Source of the DNA: Nymphaea colorata
Lineage: Eukaryota
NCBI RefSeq assembly: GCF_008831285.2
Contig: NC_045138.2
Span: forward strand, 20,336,001 to 20,400,000
Length of the DNA: 64,000 bases
Direction: 5' to 3'
A program made the translations under genes and the position numbers. This document shows, one piece after another, positions 1 to 12,707 of the stretch. The notes under the pieces were generated by a model. The model was not told the origin of the DNA. It made no database searches and was given only the letters and a program-made list of their open reading frames with translations. Each line of letters opens with the position of its first letter. Within the stretch, counting starts at the first letter, position 1.

Positions 1-2040
1 TTTTCTCAAATTTTAGTTTTTTAATTTTTAAAAATTTATGGTATTTTTTCCATATTCTTATTATACCCAATAAAAACATCCCCATTTTAAACTTCAAAAC
101 GTTATTTGCGATTATGTCTGTAACAAGAACCAAACTAAAAAATTCTGGCTAAAAGGTACTAATTTACAAAATTTAAAATTTTTAAGGTTCATTGATATGT
201 TAGTAAAAATAATTACCCCAAAATATCAATATGAAAATAAGCATTGTCTTTTGGGTCTGTGTGGGCAATTGCCCACACCTGCCTCCACCCCTGCTTTGGG
301 GCCTTGATAGGTACAACTCTGAGAAAGATGATGGAACTAACACTGATCGAAACGCGAACAAAAAAAACATAAATAGTTCTGATGCAGTAACGCGTCTCGT
401 ATATAAAGAAACAAAACAAAATCAAGATGTGCGATGGATAGTTCAGATAAGGTAATAAATCTGGTATGAAGCGAAGCAGTTCTTTCTTCTCTCACATTCC
501 AAGATGTTGAAGTTCTATGGTTTTGAGGATGAAAAACAGAAGATCAAGTGTCCTTTGTTGACGAGATTGATGATCTCCATCACTAAATTTGATAATTTAG
601 TTTGTACCTCTTGAAATCAAACGGGGTGAAATTGTTACAACAAAATTGGAAAGAAAAATCAGCCTTAAGAGAGTTTGGGCTTCTTTTTTCTCGAAAATAT
701 TATCTCTGCGGCGTAGGAAGAACTAACTTTGTTGATCACAATCTCTTTTCTTGGTTATCAAACACACACTCAAAGCATCCAACCGGCTTTTTGATTGCTT
801 GTAACTCCTTGTTACCAACTAGTGCCTGAGTTGGTCTCAAGTAAACCCCAAGGCCAGATTTGTTTACCTCGGACTTCATGTCTAAGTGATTGGAAGCCAT
901 ATTTATATATATGCATCTGATTTTGGAATACTGTACTTATTCAAATAGTAAATTTCTGGTAAACTAAAGCATTGATAGATATCAAATCTAAAATCCGAAG
1001 CTATCAAACGCGACCATCATGTCTTAGGAGAGATGCTAAGGAGAAACTCGGGCAGGTTTAGCATTTGATCTTACTTGGGGTTTTTTTTCCAAAAAATATT
1101 TTTTTTTTGTTGAATTTTGTAAAAGATTCACAAAGGAAAAGGGAATGCATTGTTTTCACTGCTCTTGAGCAAATGGAAGTCTTTTAGCCCACAATGGAAC
1201 TCATTAATATTAAATGAATTCATTTTGTTTTGTTCTCTCACGCCATATATTTAGACAATCTTTTACTCAAACTCGAGCAACCTAAAACAATTATATATGG
1301 AATTTTTGCTCGATCTAAATAGGCAAATTGGATGTGAACTGCCATGTTCCTGTCGTTGCCAAAAATAAATGGAGGTTTTCTGTTCAACCAATCCAACTTT
1401 TATATGTCCAAATTAAATATTGATTACTATCTCCGTATTCCCTTCAAAACATGGAAATTCTAGAACTGAAATCTTGCATACGGTTTTTTTACTTGAGTAA
1501 TTAAACTTATTTCCCTCATTGGGGTAACGGATGGACAAAGGGTTTGTAGGTGGCCAGTCTCAAGTTCAAGTTCTCAATGTGTCAACTTTGGGTCGGTTAA
1601 AATAAAAAAATTCTATGTCGTAAAATAAAAGTACCAATATGCAAGTTGAAGTACAGTGAGAGCACCTATCTTAAGACACTAAAAATAAACATGTGCTCTA
1701 GGGGCAGGATAAAATACGTTTGTTCACCAACAAAATACTTAAATAAACTCAAAAATGTCACTAGATTATATCCCTAAGTCACCGACATGTGAATGAACAA
1801 TAGCAGCAAAAATAATCATGCACCAGCTGCTTTCTGTCTTTGATCCATATCTCATTTATTCCAAAATTTTCATTTTTCTTATAAATAGTGGATTGATGAG
1901 ATAAACCTCCGACTTTTTGGGTTCATGAAGCAATAAGCATCGCAAAAATGATTTTAAGATATATACTTGACTTCCGAACTTTGAATTTATCAAGTCTATG
2001 GTAACTCTCCTTTTTCCTTTTCCAAGTGAACAAATTATAG

Positions 2041-2280
2041 GTTGGGCATCTGGCTAGCCCGATGCTCGAAACCTGAGCTGAGGCCCGACGCTCGAAACCT
2101 GAGCTGAGGCCCGACCTAGCCTAGTTAAAATTTAAAAATATATATCTTAACATAAAATAATATATAGATACAATTAATTATAATAAAATATTATAATTAT
2201 ACATAAAAATTAATAAAAATAATATTAAGAAATCTTATCGAACCGAACAGACTTAGTCGAACCCACCCGGGCCGACTGAT
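2041..2280. mobile_element. Truncated copy of the 51551-51809 MITE family
   Basis: Shares the GGGCATC...CCCGATGCTCGAAAC start, the AT-rich middle and an ACCCACC.GG end. Confidence 0.55.
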
Positions 2281-2333
2281 AACATAAATACACAAGCACT
2301 TGCATGTGTGTGTTTTGAACATGGGGAAGGGAT

Positions 2334-2527
2334 CATGGGCAGAGCCAAGGTAGGGCTCGCATGGACCTTAGTCCTACCTCAATTTAAAAAAAAAAAAAAT
2401 TACATGTAAATTTTTAAAAAATTTCACTTGTTATATTTAAAAATTTTAAAAATGATATTTCAGTCCTAGTCAAAACTTAAAAACTTTAATTCGTTTCGCC
2501 TCATGAAAATTTCTGGTTCCACCCCTG
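2334..2527. mobile_element. MITE of the CAGGGGCGGAGCC-like TIR family
   Basis: Ends CATGGGCAGAGCCA / TGGTTCCACCCCTG. Its reverse complement aligns by eye with 63454-63574. Confidence 0.7.
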
Positions 2528-2749
2528 AAAGGGCATGAGGCTGAGCCATTAATGGTCAACTTCTTGTAGCACACGCAAAATGAGGGCAAATTAAATCATG
2601 CCTTCCCAAAGAAGCCGATGCACGTGACGACGTATTTGCAACGAGTAACTTGGTTTTTAGGAGCTCCATAGGGCATAGATACAGGGGCGGAGGGAGGGGG
2701 GTCCCGGCCCGTCGCACCTCTTGAAAATTTTTCAACGAGTAACTTGGTA

Positions 2750-3213
2750 TTTTTTCCTGATTTTTTCATTTTTTTTTCAACGTTAATATCTTCATGTATT
2801 CAAAATTTGAAATTAACCTAAATTGTTTTTCATTATTTGTATCATCATTAAAACATTCATTTCAGTACTTTTGTCTAATTCTACTACTTTCATTAATCTC
2901 TGATTCATTTTATTTTTTCACCAATTTTTTGACTTTTCAAAAGTTTTCGCAAAACTATGCATGATGCGTATGGTTTGTGGTGAAAAGAATAAACGAACAA
3001 CATGAAGATGAGCAAGTGAAAATGAAGAAAGTGACGTCGATGTCTATTCAGCATCTCAACGGACAATTGTGGTTGATTCTTTCCTTCACTTTTTAATAAA
3101 GTTGCCAGGAATCACTTATCATAGTGGCTTTCTTCTCTGAAATCATTTGATATATGTAGTGCCCCTTCTTTTGTCAACTGCTATTCCCAGGTGCACATAT
3201 TATTTAATTATCT

Positions 3214-3250
<37 letters not shown>

Positions 3251-4186
3251 TGTTAATATAATTATGTGTAGTGAAGGATAAAATAGATTGTTGGATTTAA
3301 CAAAAATATTTTAATCATACCATGTTTTTAAAGCAACAACATAGTGTTCATGGACAAATAGCTTTAGAAACAAGTGTGTGACATCTTTTTGGTGTTATTA
3401 TTTTCCTTTGTACAGATAATTTTGTTTAATAAATATAGAGGGCTGCATCCCCAATAAGCTGTTATTGCGACATCTTGACATAATGTGGGTCAACTGAAAC
3501 ACCTAATCATAAAAAAAGAAAATCTGTGCTATATAAGTCATCCAATCAACTTGAAAGAGAAGAAATTGAGGCCGTCAGAAACATTTTTAAGGAACAACAT
3601 AGTGTTTCGGGGTATTATGAAAAAACAAATTTTGGGTGAACTCTTCGGGATCTTGAGCTGTGTTGCGACTTAGGTTAGGAAAATAAAGTGTTGTGATTCT
3701 TTCATTTACAGTTCATAATAGTAATGCCTACATGATCCAACTGGCGGCATGTCTTCTACACAACTATTTTTCCAACCAGTTATCTATGTAGGGGCGGAGC
3801 CAGGATTTTTTTTAAGGGACGAGCCAAACGATCCACGGGTCGGGCCAAGAGGAGCGACGGGTAGGGCCAAGAAGAGTGACGAGCCGGGCCAAACTAAAAA
3901 AATTGATTTTTTCAATATAAACAAGTTAAAAAATTGATTTTCCGGGTCAAACCAAAAACCATACGTGTCATGCATAGTTTTGCAAAAACTTTTGAAAAGT
4001 CAAAAAATTGGTGAAAAAATAAAATGAATCAGACATTAATGAAAGTAGTAGAATTAGATAGAAGTAATAAAATGAATGTTTTAATGATGATACAAATAAT
4101 GAAAAACAATTTAGGTTAATTTCAAATTTTGAATACATGAAGATATTAACGTTGAAAAAAAATAAAAATGAAAAAATAGGAAAAAA
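2750..4186. repeat. Long inverted repeat: arms ~2750-2976 and ~3956-4186
   Basis: The arms are near-perfect reverse complements by eye (e.g. CAACGTTAATATCTTCATGTATTCAAAATTTGAAATTAACCTAAATTG vs CAATTTAGGTTAATTTCAAATTTTGAATACATGAAGATATTAACGTTG). Spacer is ~980 bp. Confidence 0.9.
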
Positions 4187-4684
4187 TGTGAAAATAACAT
4201 GAAAAATGTGCTAAATATATTTTCCTGTTTTTTTAAATATCACTATTTTTTCGTTTTTCTTGTTTTTTTTTCATTAATATCTGTGACATCTGTGGCACTG
4301 ATTAGGTAATGCCATCAATGTGGATATCATTCATTGCGGCTGTAGGCGAATAGTCAATGAACTCTTCATATACTTTCTTTTGCTTTCCTTTGATGAAGGG
4401 TTTGATGTTAAGCTACATTAATATACTGTAAGTATATATATATTAAAATTATTTAGAAAGAAATTTTCAATAGCGCACCTAAAGAATTATCAGTAACAGG
4501 AAAGCATGCCATCCTATTCAAAGCATAATTTAAAGTTATTTAAAGGAAATTTTTAGAAACTGATCATAAAGAAAATTTAATAAGGGGAATTGTAAGATCA
4601 TTGATTGGTATTAGTTTCTTATGTGTAACCAATTATATAAATATGTGATTGTATCCAAACAAGTCTTTTATTAAAATTTAAAGC

Positions 4685-5845
4685 GGTTATGGATTATTCT
4701 TCACCAACACCATAAACTTTAATTTCCAAAGAAAAACCTTATGTTCTTTTTTAGAGGGTAAAATGACAAATTTGTACATATTTAACAATTAAAATTTCAA
4801 AACATTTTTTTTATCAACCACAGGAAACTTAGCTTTTAAGAACATGAAAAGACTATGCATATTTTATTATTGCCAATTACTTGGGTGAGCAGAAGGAGTA
4901 AAACGTTAAACAAGAGAGCCGAAATGTCCACCCTTTTCCTTATCATCTTTAGATACTAGTATGCTTCAATTATATCGAATGACACTTGTACTATGCTTCA
5001 ACTTACATATTGGTGACTTTTTTTTTTTACATAAAGTTGATGATCTCGAAATTCGTAAAAGAAACTGTCTGTGTACTGGCCCTTGCCCCATTCATTGCGC
5101 CAACCCTATCAAAGATTCCATCAAAAGAAATAAACTAACTTTACTCGACATCAATGACAAGATTAGGGTTAGTAAATTACACTTACTTCCAGTTGCTGGT
5201 TCAAATCTTGTGGGTGCTTACCCTTTACGAAAACCGACACATGTCAAAACCAGTATTGGGGCGAAAGAATGGCCTTTGCGAGTTTTATGTGGTTATGGAT
5301 TGTTCTTCAGGAACACCATAAACTTTAATTTCCAAAGAAAAACCTTATGTTCTTTTTTAGAGGGTAAAATGGCAAATTTGTACAGATTTAACAATTAAAA
5401 TTTCAGATTTTTTTTTATCAATCATAGGAAACTTAGTTTTTAAGAACATGAAAAGACTGCATATTTTATTATTGCCAATTACTTGGGTGAGCAGAAGGAG
5501 TAAAACGTTAAACAAGAGAGCCGAAATGCCCACCCTTTTCCCTATCTTCTTAAGATGCTAGCCTGCTTCCATTATATCGAATGCCACTTCTACTATGCTT
5601 CAACTTACATATCGGTGACCTTTTTTGTACATAAAGCGCCCCATTCATTGCGCCAACCCTATCAAAGATTCCATCAAAAGAATTAAACTAACTTTACTCG
5701 ACATCAATAACAAGATTAGCGTTAGTAAATTACACTTACTTCCAGTTGCTGGTTCAAATCTTGTGGGTGCCTACCCTTTACGAAAACCGACTCGCATGTC
5801 AAAACCAGTATTGGGGCGAAAGAATGTCCTTTGCGAGTTTTATGT
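4685..5845. repeat. Tandem duplication, unit ~606 bp (4685-5290; 5291-5845)
   Basis: Both copies start GGTTATGGATT.TTCTTCA and end CCTTTGCGAGTTTTATGT. The second copy lacks ~50 bp. This explains the paired ORFs 4961-5398 and 5625-5981. Confidence 0.92.
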
Positions 5846-5962
5846 TGAGCAAGCGATGAAGTCTCTTAGCCGGGGTGGTTTCCTTTCATTTTTTTTTTTT
5901 TGGAAATGGTTACTACAAGCACTACAACAGCTACTCATTGACGCAGAAAAACAACCCGCATC

Positions 5963-6118
5963 TAGTGGCGGAGCCACATGATGACTTGTGTGGGCAACTG
6001 ACCACACCAGTCTCTTAAAATTTCTTTATTTTTGAATAAACATGTATAAGTGCCCCACCAGATATGAGTATTTTTAAGTGAGTGCTCATCCAGCCAATTT
6101 TTTTTGGCTCCGCCACTG
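5963..6118. mobile_element. hAT-type MITE with GGCGGAGCC TIRs
   Basis: TIRs TAGTGGCGGAGCCA / TGGCTCCGCCACTG. 8-bp TSD CCCGCATC / ACCGCATC (7/8). Confidence 0.85.
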
Positions 6119-6320
6119 ACCGCATCTTATATATACCCAACTGTTCCTTGAAGCAAAATTGTAAGAGAGACTCATATCTAAGTCCTTTGCTATAGCAGCG
6201 ATAGAACCTATATATATCTGAATGATCAGGCTTCTCGACCCGGCGTGATTTGTATGCATATAGCTTCAACTTGCGCAAGGATGACACTTTTGGCCGTTGA
6301 ACCGTGGCTGCCCATCTAAA

Positions 6321-6380
6321 AGCCGCCGCCACAGCCGCCGCCACCGCCACCGCCACAGCCGCCGCCACCGCCGCCGCCCT
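6321..6380. repeat. (GCC/ACC)n trinucleotide repeat
   Basis: GCCGCCGCCACAGCCGCCGCCACC... run, which produces spurious poly-Ala/Arg ORFs. Confidence 0.85.
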
Positions 6381-7607
6381 GCCGGCGAAACTCCTTGGTT
6401 TCTGGTTCAACTATGCAAATATATGCTCAAATGTGTCTGCAAGATCTTTGGGATCATGATAATTCTTGAGAAATGTTTGTTCAACAAGTAATTAAGTTGT
6501 TGAATGGAGCCAATGATCAAGACTTGTCTAGTTGGCCTTAAATGGATTGCAATTATTCAATGGACCCCATGGAGACATAAGAGGAAACCATAATCCTTGT
6601 GGGGTAAATCCTGCCATGTAGCAAAAAGAGTAAAGTCCGTGTCCAAACTGCTCCTATAGATGCGAAGAAAATATAAAAAACATATTTAACTTTTGAATAT
6701 TCTTAAAAGCACACTTTATTTTTTTCATATGTAATTGACAAAATAAAATTTTGGGAATCATTTTTTTTTATCTAAGTTCACAAAAACACCCAGTCTTCCT
6801 TTCCTTGATAACTTTCTAGCATTATTTAAAAAAAAAAAAAGGTTATACATCTAGTTTAGATATTAATGAGCAAAAGCTAAGCCACATGGATATTGTTAAT
6901 CATGTAGTTAAAGATAATGTTTATGAGAAAAGGCGAACTGATTTGGATATAGTTGATCATGTATTAGTAATTTATTATTATTAGGTAAAGTTAAATAAAA
7001 TAATGCAAGCTGATGAGATTTAGAATTCATTTTTATTGAGAGTGCTTTAGTCATGCTATCATGCTGACTTCCAACTATAGTCATAAACTAGAGTTGGTGC
7101 AAAAAACTTTGTTTTTTAATAATATCAAAGGGTCATGGATATTTTTTTATTATCCATGTATGTTTTCCCAGCTTTCACAAAGACAAAAAAAAGTGGTATG
7201 CCTCACCTATTTGCTTTGCCAACTAGAGACATAACCAGTTTGGATTTGAGCAATCTTTGTCAAATTTTATATGATTCATTTCAAATTTGGATTCAATTTC
7301 AGATCTTTTTCAAGACTAAATTGGAAAGTGAGTAGCATGAGATCCAACATTTATATGCACTCCAATGGGCTCTTAGAGTCCCTGAATGCCGACTTTAAGC
7401 GAATTAAACATACGTGGATATCAACTCTGGGTCGTTTGGTAAGCAGTGCCAGCCATGGGATGTCTGTTGATCGTGGGCGGCGGGGGAAGGGTTCCTCCTT
7501 CCCTTTTTTCCCCTTTTTTTATTGTCCTACATGATAGAAAACCAAGAAAAAAAAATTTACCGGCCGTCCAATCAAAATGATGGACGGTTTTGATTTGATG
7601 TCCCTAA

Positions 7608-7979
7608 GGGGCCGTTTGATGCATTGGAAATATAGAGTTGGAAAGAAGTTTCCAGAAACTTATTTCATAAATTAAAGAAATGAAAACAAAATCCAGGTTT
7701 CCAAAACCCCTTTGTGTTTGTTGGATTTGGGTTTATGTTTCAAAAAATGAATTTCTAATTTGATAGGAATAACAGATGAAAAAAGAGAATCCTTGGATTA
7801 AGGAACATGGAAAATGTTTTCCACCCTTTGGGGTGAAAAAAAATTCTGAAAGAAATTTTTGAAAATCAACTCAATAGTTATTTTTTTTTTTCTAAAGTTT
7901 AATGGACAAGAATTTTTTTTAAAATTTTGAATTTTATTTCCAGTGTCGTAGGAAATAGCACTGCTCATCAAACGGGCCC
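7608..7979. mobile_element. Tourist/PIF-Harbinger-type MITE upstream of RHF2A
   Basis: TIRs GGGGCCGTTTGATG / CATCAAACGGGCCC, flanked by a TAA TSD at 7605-7607 and 7980-7982. Confidence 0.85.
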
Positions 7980-8803
7980 TAAAGGTCATGAGAAAGTTAA
8001 AAGTCTAAGTTTTCCAAATTCTTATATGATCTTAGTCAAAGATTGAACTTAATCTAGATTCGATCAAAACGAAATCCGTTGAAAAGATTCTACTAAACAG
8101 ATTTTTGATCAAATCAATCACTATTTTCATCCCCAACTCCCAACAACCAAGAAGAAGCTGACCAAGCCCCATGACATTGACCAATGTTGGGGGAAGGGAG
8201 AAATCAACATAATGTTGTGAAGATGAACTCATTGTAGGACCAAAATGTTACCACAGGGTCCCATTTGAGCTCTTGGGGCTTTCATACACAGTGGTGGGAC
8301 CAACCTCAATAATGCAAATGTGGATACTAAAATTCCATCTGTACCCAAACTGAAGCCAAAAAAGACCAGCTGCTGCCCTTGGCAGTGGCTGAAAAATCAA
8401 AGGGCAGTTTGGTCACAATGCTAGAAGAAGATAAAATAAACAAAAAAAATTGTTGGTTTTTGTGGAAATGTGATAAGGAGAGAGAGAGAGTCACTTTTTT
8501 TTTTTTTTTTTTTTTGTTCTTATGAATAACTTCTTCCCCAAAATACCGGTCAAAAGAGAAATGCCGGGAATCCTGACATGTATAAAAGCAAGCCCAAGGC
8601 GTTTTTGGCACGCACTAAGAAAAAGGAGAGGAGCGGAGGAGAAGGAAGAGATAAAGGGAGAGGGAGGGAGGTTTTTTTTCTTTTCTCTGCACTCTCCTTT
8701 TCGTTTTCACGGACCCCCCAAGAATGCCCAAGTGATCGTAAGAAGTCCACCTTCTTGAAGAAGCTAGGGCATATCAAGCGGAGGACCTGAAACTCTGCCT
8801 GCC

Positions 8804-11375
8804 ATGGAGTTCCAGGGTGATCTTGCAGCTTGAAACCCTAAGTTTTTTTTTTGTTTTGAGGGGAGGGGTTAGTTGGGTGGGGTTGGCTGATCGTTGGTGG
8901 GTCGCATCTGGAGCTGCCCCAATCTGGTCTTGGTGAGGAATATTTTAGATTCGTTCTTCTTTTGTGTTGGATTGTGCTTATTTCCAGATTGGGAAGGTTT
9001 TCATGTTCAATTGGGTATTTTTCTTTTTCTTGTTTCTTTCTTCCTTTGTTTCCGTGGGTTTTGTGGATTTGGGTTATGTCGGTGATGGTGTGTCTAATTT
9101 GTTTGTTCTTTTGTTGGGGAGATCTTTAGGGTTTAGGGATGGACGAGGAGAAGAAGAGCGAGAGTCATTTGACGTCCGCCGCGGCGTTTGTGGAAGGTGG
9201 CATACAAGATGCGTGTGAGGACGCTTGCAGCATCTGTTTGGAGCAGTTCTGCGATAGCGATCCTTCCACGGTAGAATTTCCTTGATTTCCTTTTCTGTTC
9301 TCACTCTCTTATGAAATGATGGTAATTTGTTTCTTAGATGTTTTAGGTTTGGGATCTTCTTGCCGGTTGTCTGATAGCTTATGATTGAAAGGTTCTGAGT
9401 TTTTCTCGTTGGTATTTGGGCAGGTGACTAGCTGCAAACATGAGTTCCATCTCCAGTGCATCCTTGAATGGTGAGTGTGTCGACACGTCCTTCTCGAACA
9501 ATTCAGTTCCAATTTGGCTGATTTCACGTGTTAATGATAATTATGGAACAGTTTGATAGATCTATTGAAATTTGTTGTTTTGGTACCTGTAGAGGAGGGG
9601 ATTATGATGTTGTAGTATACCATCATTTGCTGTGCCAACGGAAAATGGCATCTGGTGGAACTTTGTGTTCTATGGTGGAATATGTCGGCATGGCAGATAA
9701 GGGGTTCACACCTTTCATATTTTGATGACAAAGAATCCAGCATAATGTCTTTCTTCAATGCAATTGACTAAAAGGATGCCGGCTGCTAGATATAGTTGGG
9801 TCGTCGATATCTTGTTTATGATGATAACAAAATGACGTCTTGTCAAGTTAAATTTGGTTGCGTTGTATGTCCAATATCTCTTTATTTGAACGTGAAACCA
9901 CAGTTAGTCTTTTGTGCCTTATCTTAGTTTGCGTTCATTATCTTGAATGTCAGGTGCCAGCGAAGCTCCCAGTGCCCCATGTGTTGGCAACCTATCAGTC
10001 TTAAGGATCCAGCAAGGTCTGTTAAATGAATTTTTTCATTTTTGTTGTTTCTTTCTTCTTGTCGGTGATAGCGGAATTTGCTTCTGCGTTCTGATTCAAA
10101 GGAAAGGAAAGAAAGAATGCCAAACATGTGGTTCATTATACATAATTGTGTGACCGTGTTCTTTCAGTCAAGAGCTGCTTGAGGGAGTTGAGCGGGAAAG
10201 GAACTTTAGGCTAAATCAATCAAGAAACACAACCATATTCCATCATCCAACACTTGGGGACTTCGAACTACAACATGTACGTGGCCTTGATGTCTTGCGT
10301 TGTTATATTGTCCTTGATTGTGGAGACATTACAGGACCTATACCCTACTCATTTATCGATGAACTTTGTTGGATGCAGCTTCCAGTAGGCGCAAATGATT
10401 CTGAACTTGAAGAGCGTATTATCCAACATCTTGCTGCTGCTGCTGCCATGGGGAGGGCACATCATTTTGCCAGAAGAGAAGGCCACTGGAGTAGGGCTGG
10501 TTCCCATGGTCGGCCACAGTTTCTGGTCTTTTCAGCACATCCAAATGCACCAGCTGTTGGTCCCATGTCTGCAGTTCCCAGAGCTAGTGCAAGTGAATCT
10601 TCCCCAACTGTCGCTGTTTTAACTCCAGCTGCTCCTCTTTCTTCTGTTGAAGAAGAACCTCAACATGGTAGTCTTTCACAAACGCCTCCTCGTCAAGTTG
10701 ATCAAATACCCAACTCAGCAGCTGCAATGGCTACTAATATAAGCAACAGACTTAGCATGTCGAATAATAGGTAAATATCTTGGACAAAGTCAGACCATGA
10801 GGATCTGTAAGTCTTTTGTCTGGACATAATGTTATATTCATTTGTGTTCCTGGTTACAGGAGTGGTTCAAGTCACTCTTCCCCTGTCAGTCATGATCGAG
10901 CTGGGCCTTCCGATTTCCATTCCTTCTCGGAGTCCCTGAAGTCTCGTTTCAACGCAGTTTCAACACGGTTTGTATTAACCAAATACCAGTCGCTATAAAA
11001 AAAAGGTTGGTGCTTATGGTTTCTGACCAAACTACTTTCTTTTTAAGATACAAGGAGACAATTTCAAAGACTACAAGAGGATGGCGGGAGAGGCTGTTCT
11101 CACGAAATTCACCTGTACAAGATGCCAACTCTGAAGCTAGGAGAGATGCAAATACTGGCATAGCCAATCTTTCTAACATGATGGAGCGCCTGCGAGCTAG
11201 TGAAACTGACAGAGCTAGTGAGGCCTCTGTTTCAGAAAGCACTGAAGGCAGTTCTGTCATCCCTCAAGAGAATTCTACTCCTACAAATGTCCAAGTGATT
11301 GAGGAAGATCATCCTAGCACTCCTCCAACCAATGTAAATGCAGCAACTTGTGCTGCAATCTCTGGCCCAAATTGA
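8804..11375 (+). CDS. RHF2A: RING-H2 E3 ubiquitin-protein ligase, RHF2A-like (spliced, 7-8 coding exons)
   Basis: Manual splicing gives exons (8804-8816 putative micro-exon), 9137/9139-9270, 9424-9470, 9954-10016, 10168-10276, 10379-10770, 10860-10967 and 11048-11375. All introns are GT-AG and the frame is consistent. Translation MDEEKKSESHLTSAAAFVEGGIQDACEDACSICLEQFCDSDPST-VTSCKHEFHLQCILEW-CQRSSQCPMCWQPISLKDPA-SQELLEGVERER...LPVGANDSELEERIIQHLAAAAAMGRAHH...YKETISKTTRGWRERLFSRN matches the C3H2C3 RING and the conserved blocks of plant RHF2a. Confidence 0.93.
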
Positions 11376-12634
11376 TTTTCTCACAACATATCTATATAAT
11401 GTTTGCATGTTTAACATGCATATGTGAAGGTTAGTATTTTAATAACTCCTGTTGCAGCTATTTTCTGTCAGCTTACTGCAATATGAAGCTAGGCTTGACA
11501 AAAATGTGCTTGTCTAACAAAAAAAATGGTTGACATATGCCATGAATTTTGTGAAGCATGCTGATTTACTGCAAGTAGATTCACATTTCACAATGCATTT
11601 TGTAATGGTTATGTAGGTTTTCCTGGGTATTTGCTGGGAGTTTCTCTTTTGAGTTCCTATTGATGAAGAAGAACTCAGAAAGCAAGCCTAGATTCTAAAA
11701 ACTGAGCAAATTAGGCCACTCCTCATGCCATTAGGACTTTTGCTTTAACACTGTTTGAGCCTTAATCCAAATGGCAAGTTCATGGAAGGCTTCAAAAGTC
11801 AATGCAAGTTCATTGCATTTTTCTCTTTTTGTTCAAACTGTAAACTGCAGGGATTAGTGGGACAAATCATTTCTTATACCAACTGAGTTGAAGGGTTTGA
11901 TCATTTCCAGTGGGATCTCATTGTTCTTTGGCAATTGGCATCTTGTTATGAGTTGTGGAGTATCTGTGTTAATTTTCAAGGAAAAAGTATGATATTATTG
12001 TAGGACATCATTGCAGTCATCAAATCATGAGACCATTTTGGTTACAAAAGTGTTCACGAATTACAGTTGTGTCAGTTATGTGTTCTCGAGCTCCAACATT
12101 GGCCATTTGGGGACAGAAATTTCATGTTGGTTATCATGTATCCACCACACATTATTACCTGAATGGATCAGAAAAATAAAGATAATTTTTCACTGCTAAC
12201 TTTCTTTGAGGCTAAATGTGGTCGGCACTTATTTAATTCCTGTCATTGCTTTCAGCGCCACTCTCATAATTTTCTGCATGTCTTGATCCCCATTAAAATA
12301 TTGGCTTCATCTATTCCCATGTGGTGCCCGTTATCCTTGTGCATTCTATTCATCGGACATGTTATCGATCTAAGTTTGTCATATTTTAGTAGGCATTTGG
12401 GCCTGTCAATTTCAAGAAGCTAACTTGTTTTGAAATTTAACGGAGTACTTGTTTCCTAGTATGCTATTATATAACTTTTTAATTACTCAAGAAATTTATT
12501 GACTACAGTTATATGCAGACTGGTGAATATGGATAAGCTTAGTTTTCACATTCATCAATATCTTTGTGTTATTTTTGTTATCCGACAAGTTTATGGTCAA
12601 GGCACAAGTTAAATGAAGATCTATTGTTAATCTT

Positions 12635-12707
<73 letters not shown>

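Noticed and set aside
4961..5981. Two similar ORFs (145 and 118 aa) as a duplicated gene pair
   Set aside because: The similarity comes from the tandem DNA duplication. Frames diverge through indels, and there is no domain or exon structure.
6015..6491. Poly-Ala / Arg-His ORFs
   Set aside because: They are products of a (GCC)n microsatellite next to a MITE.
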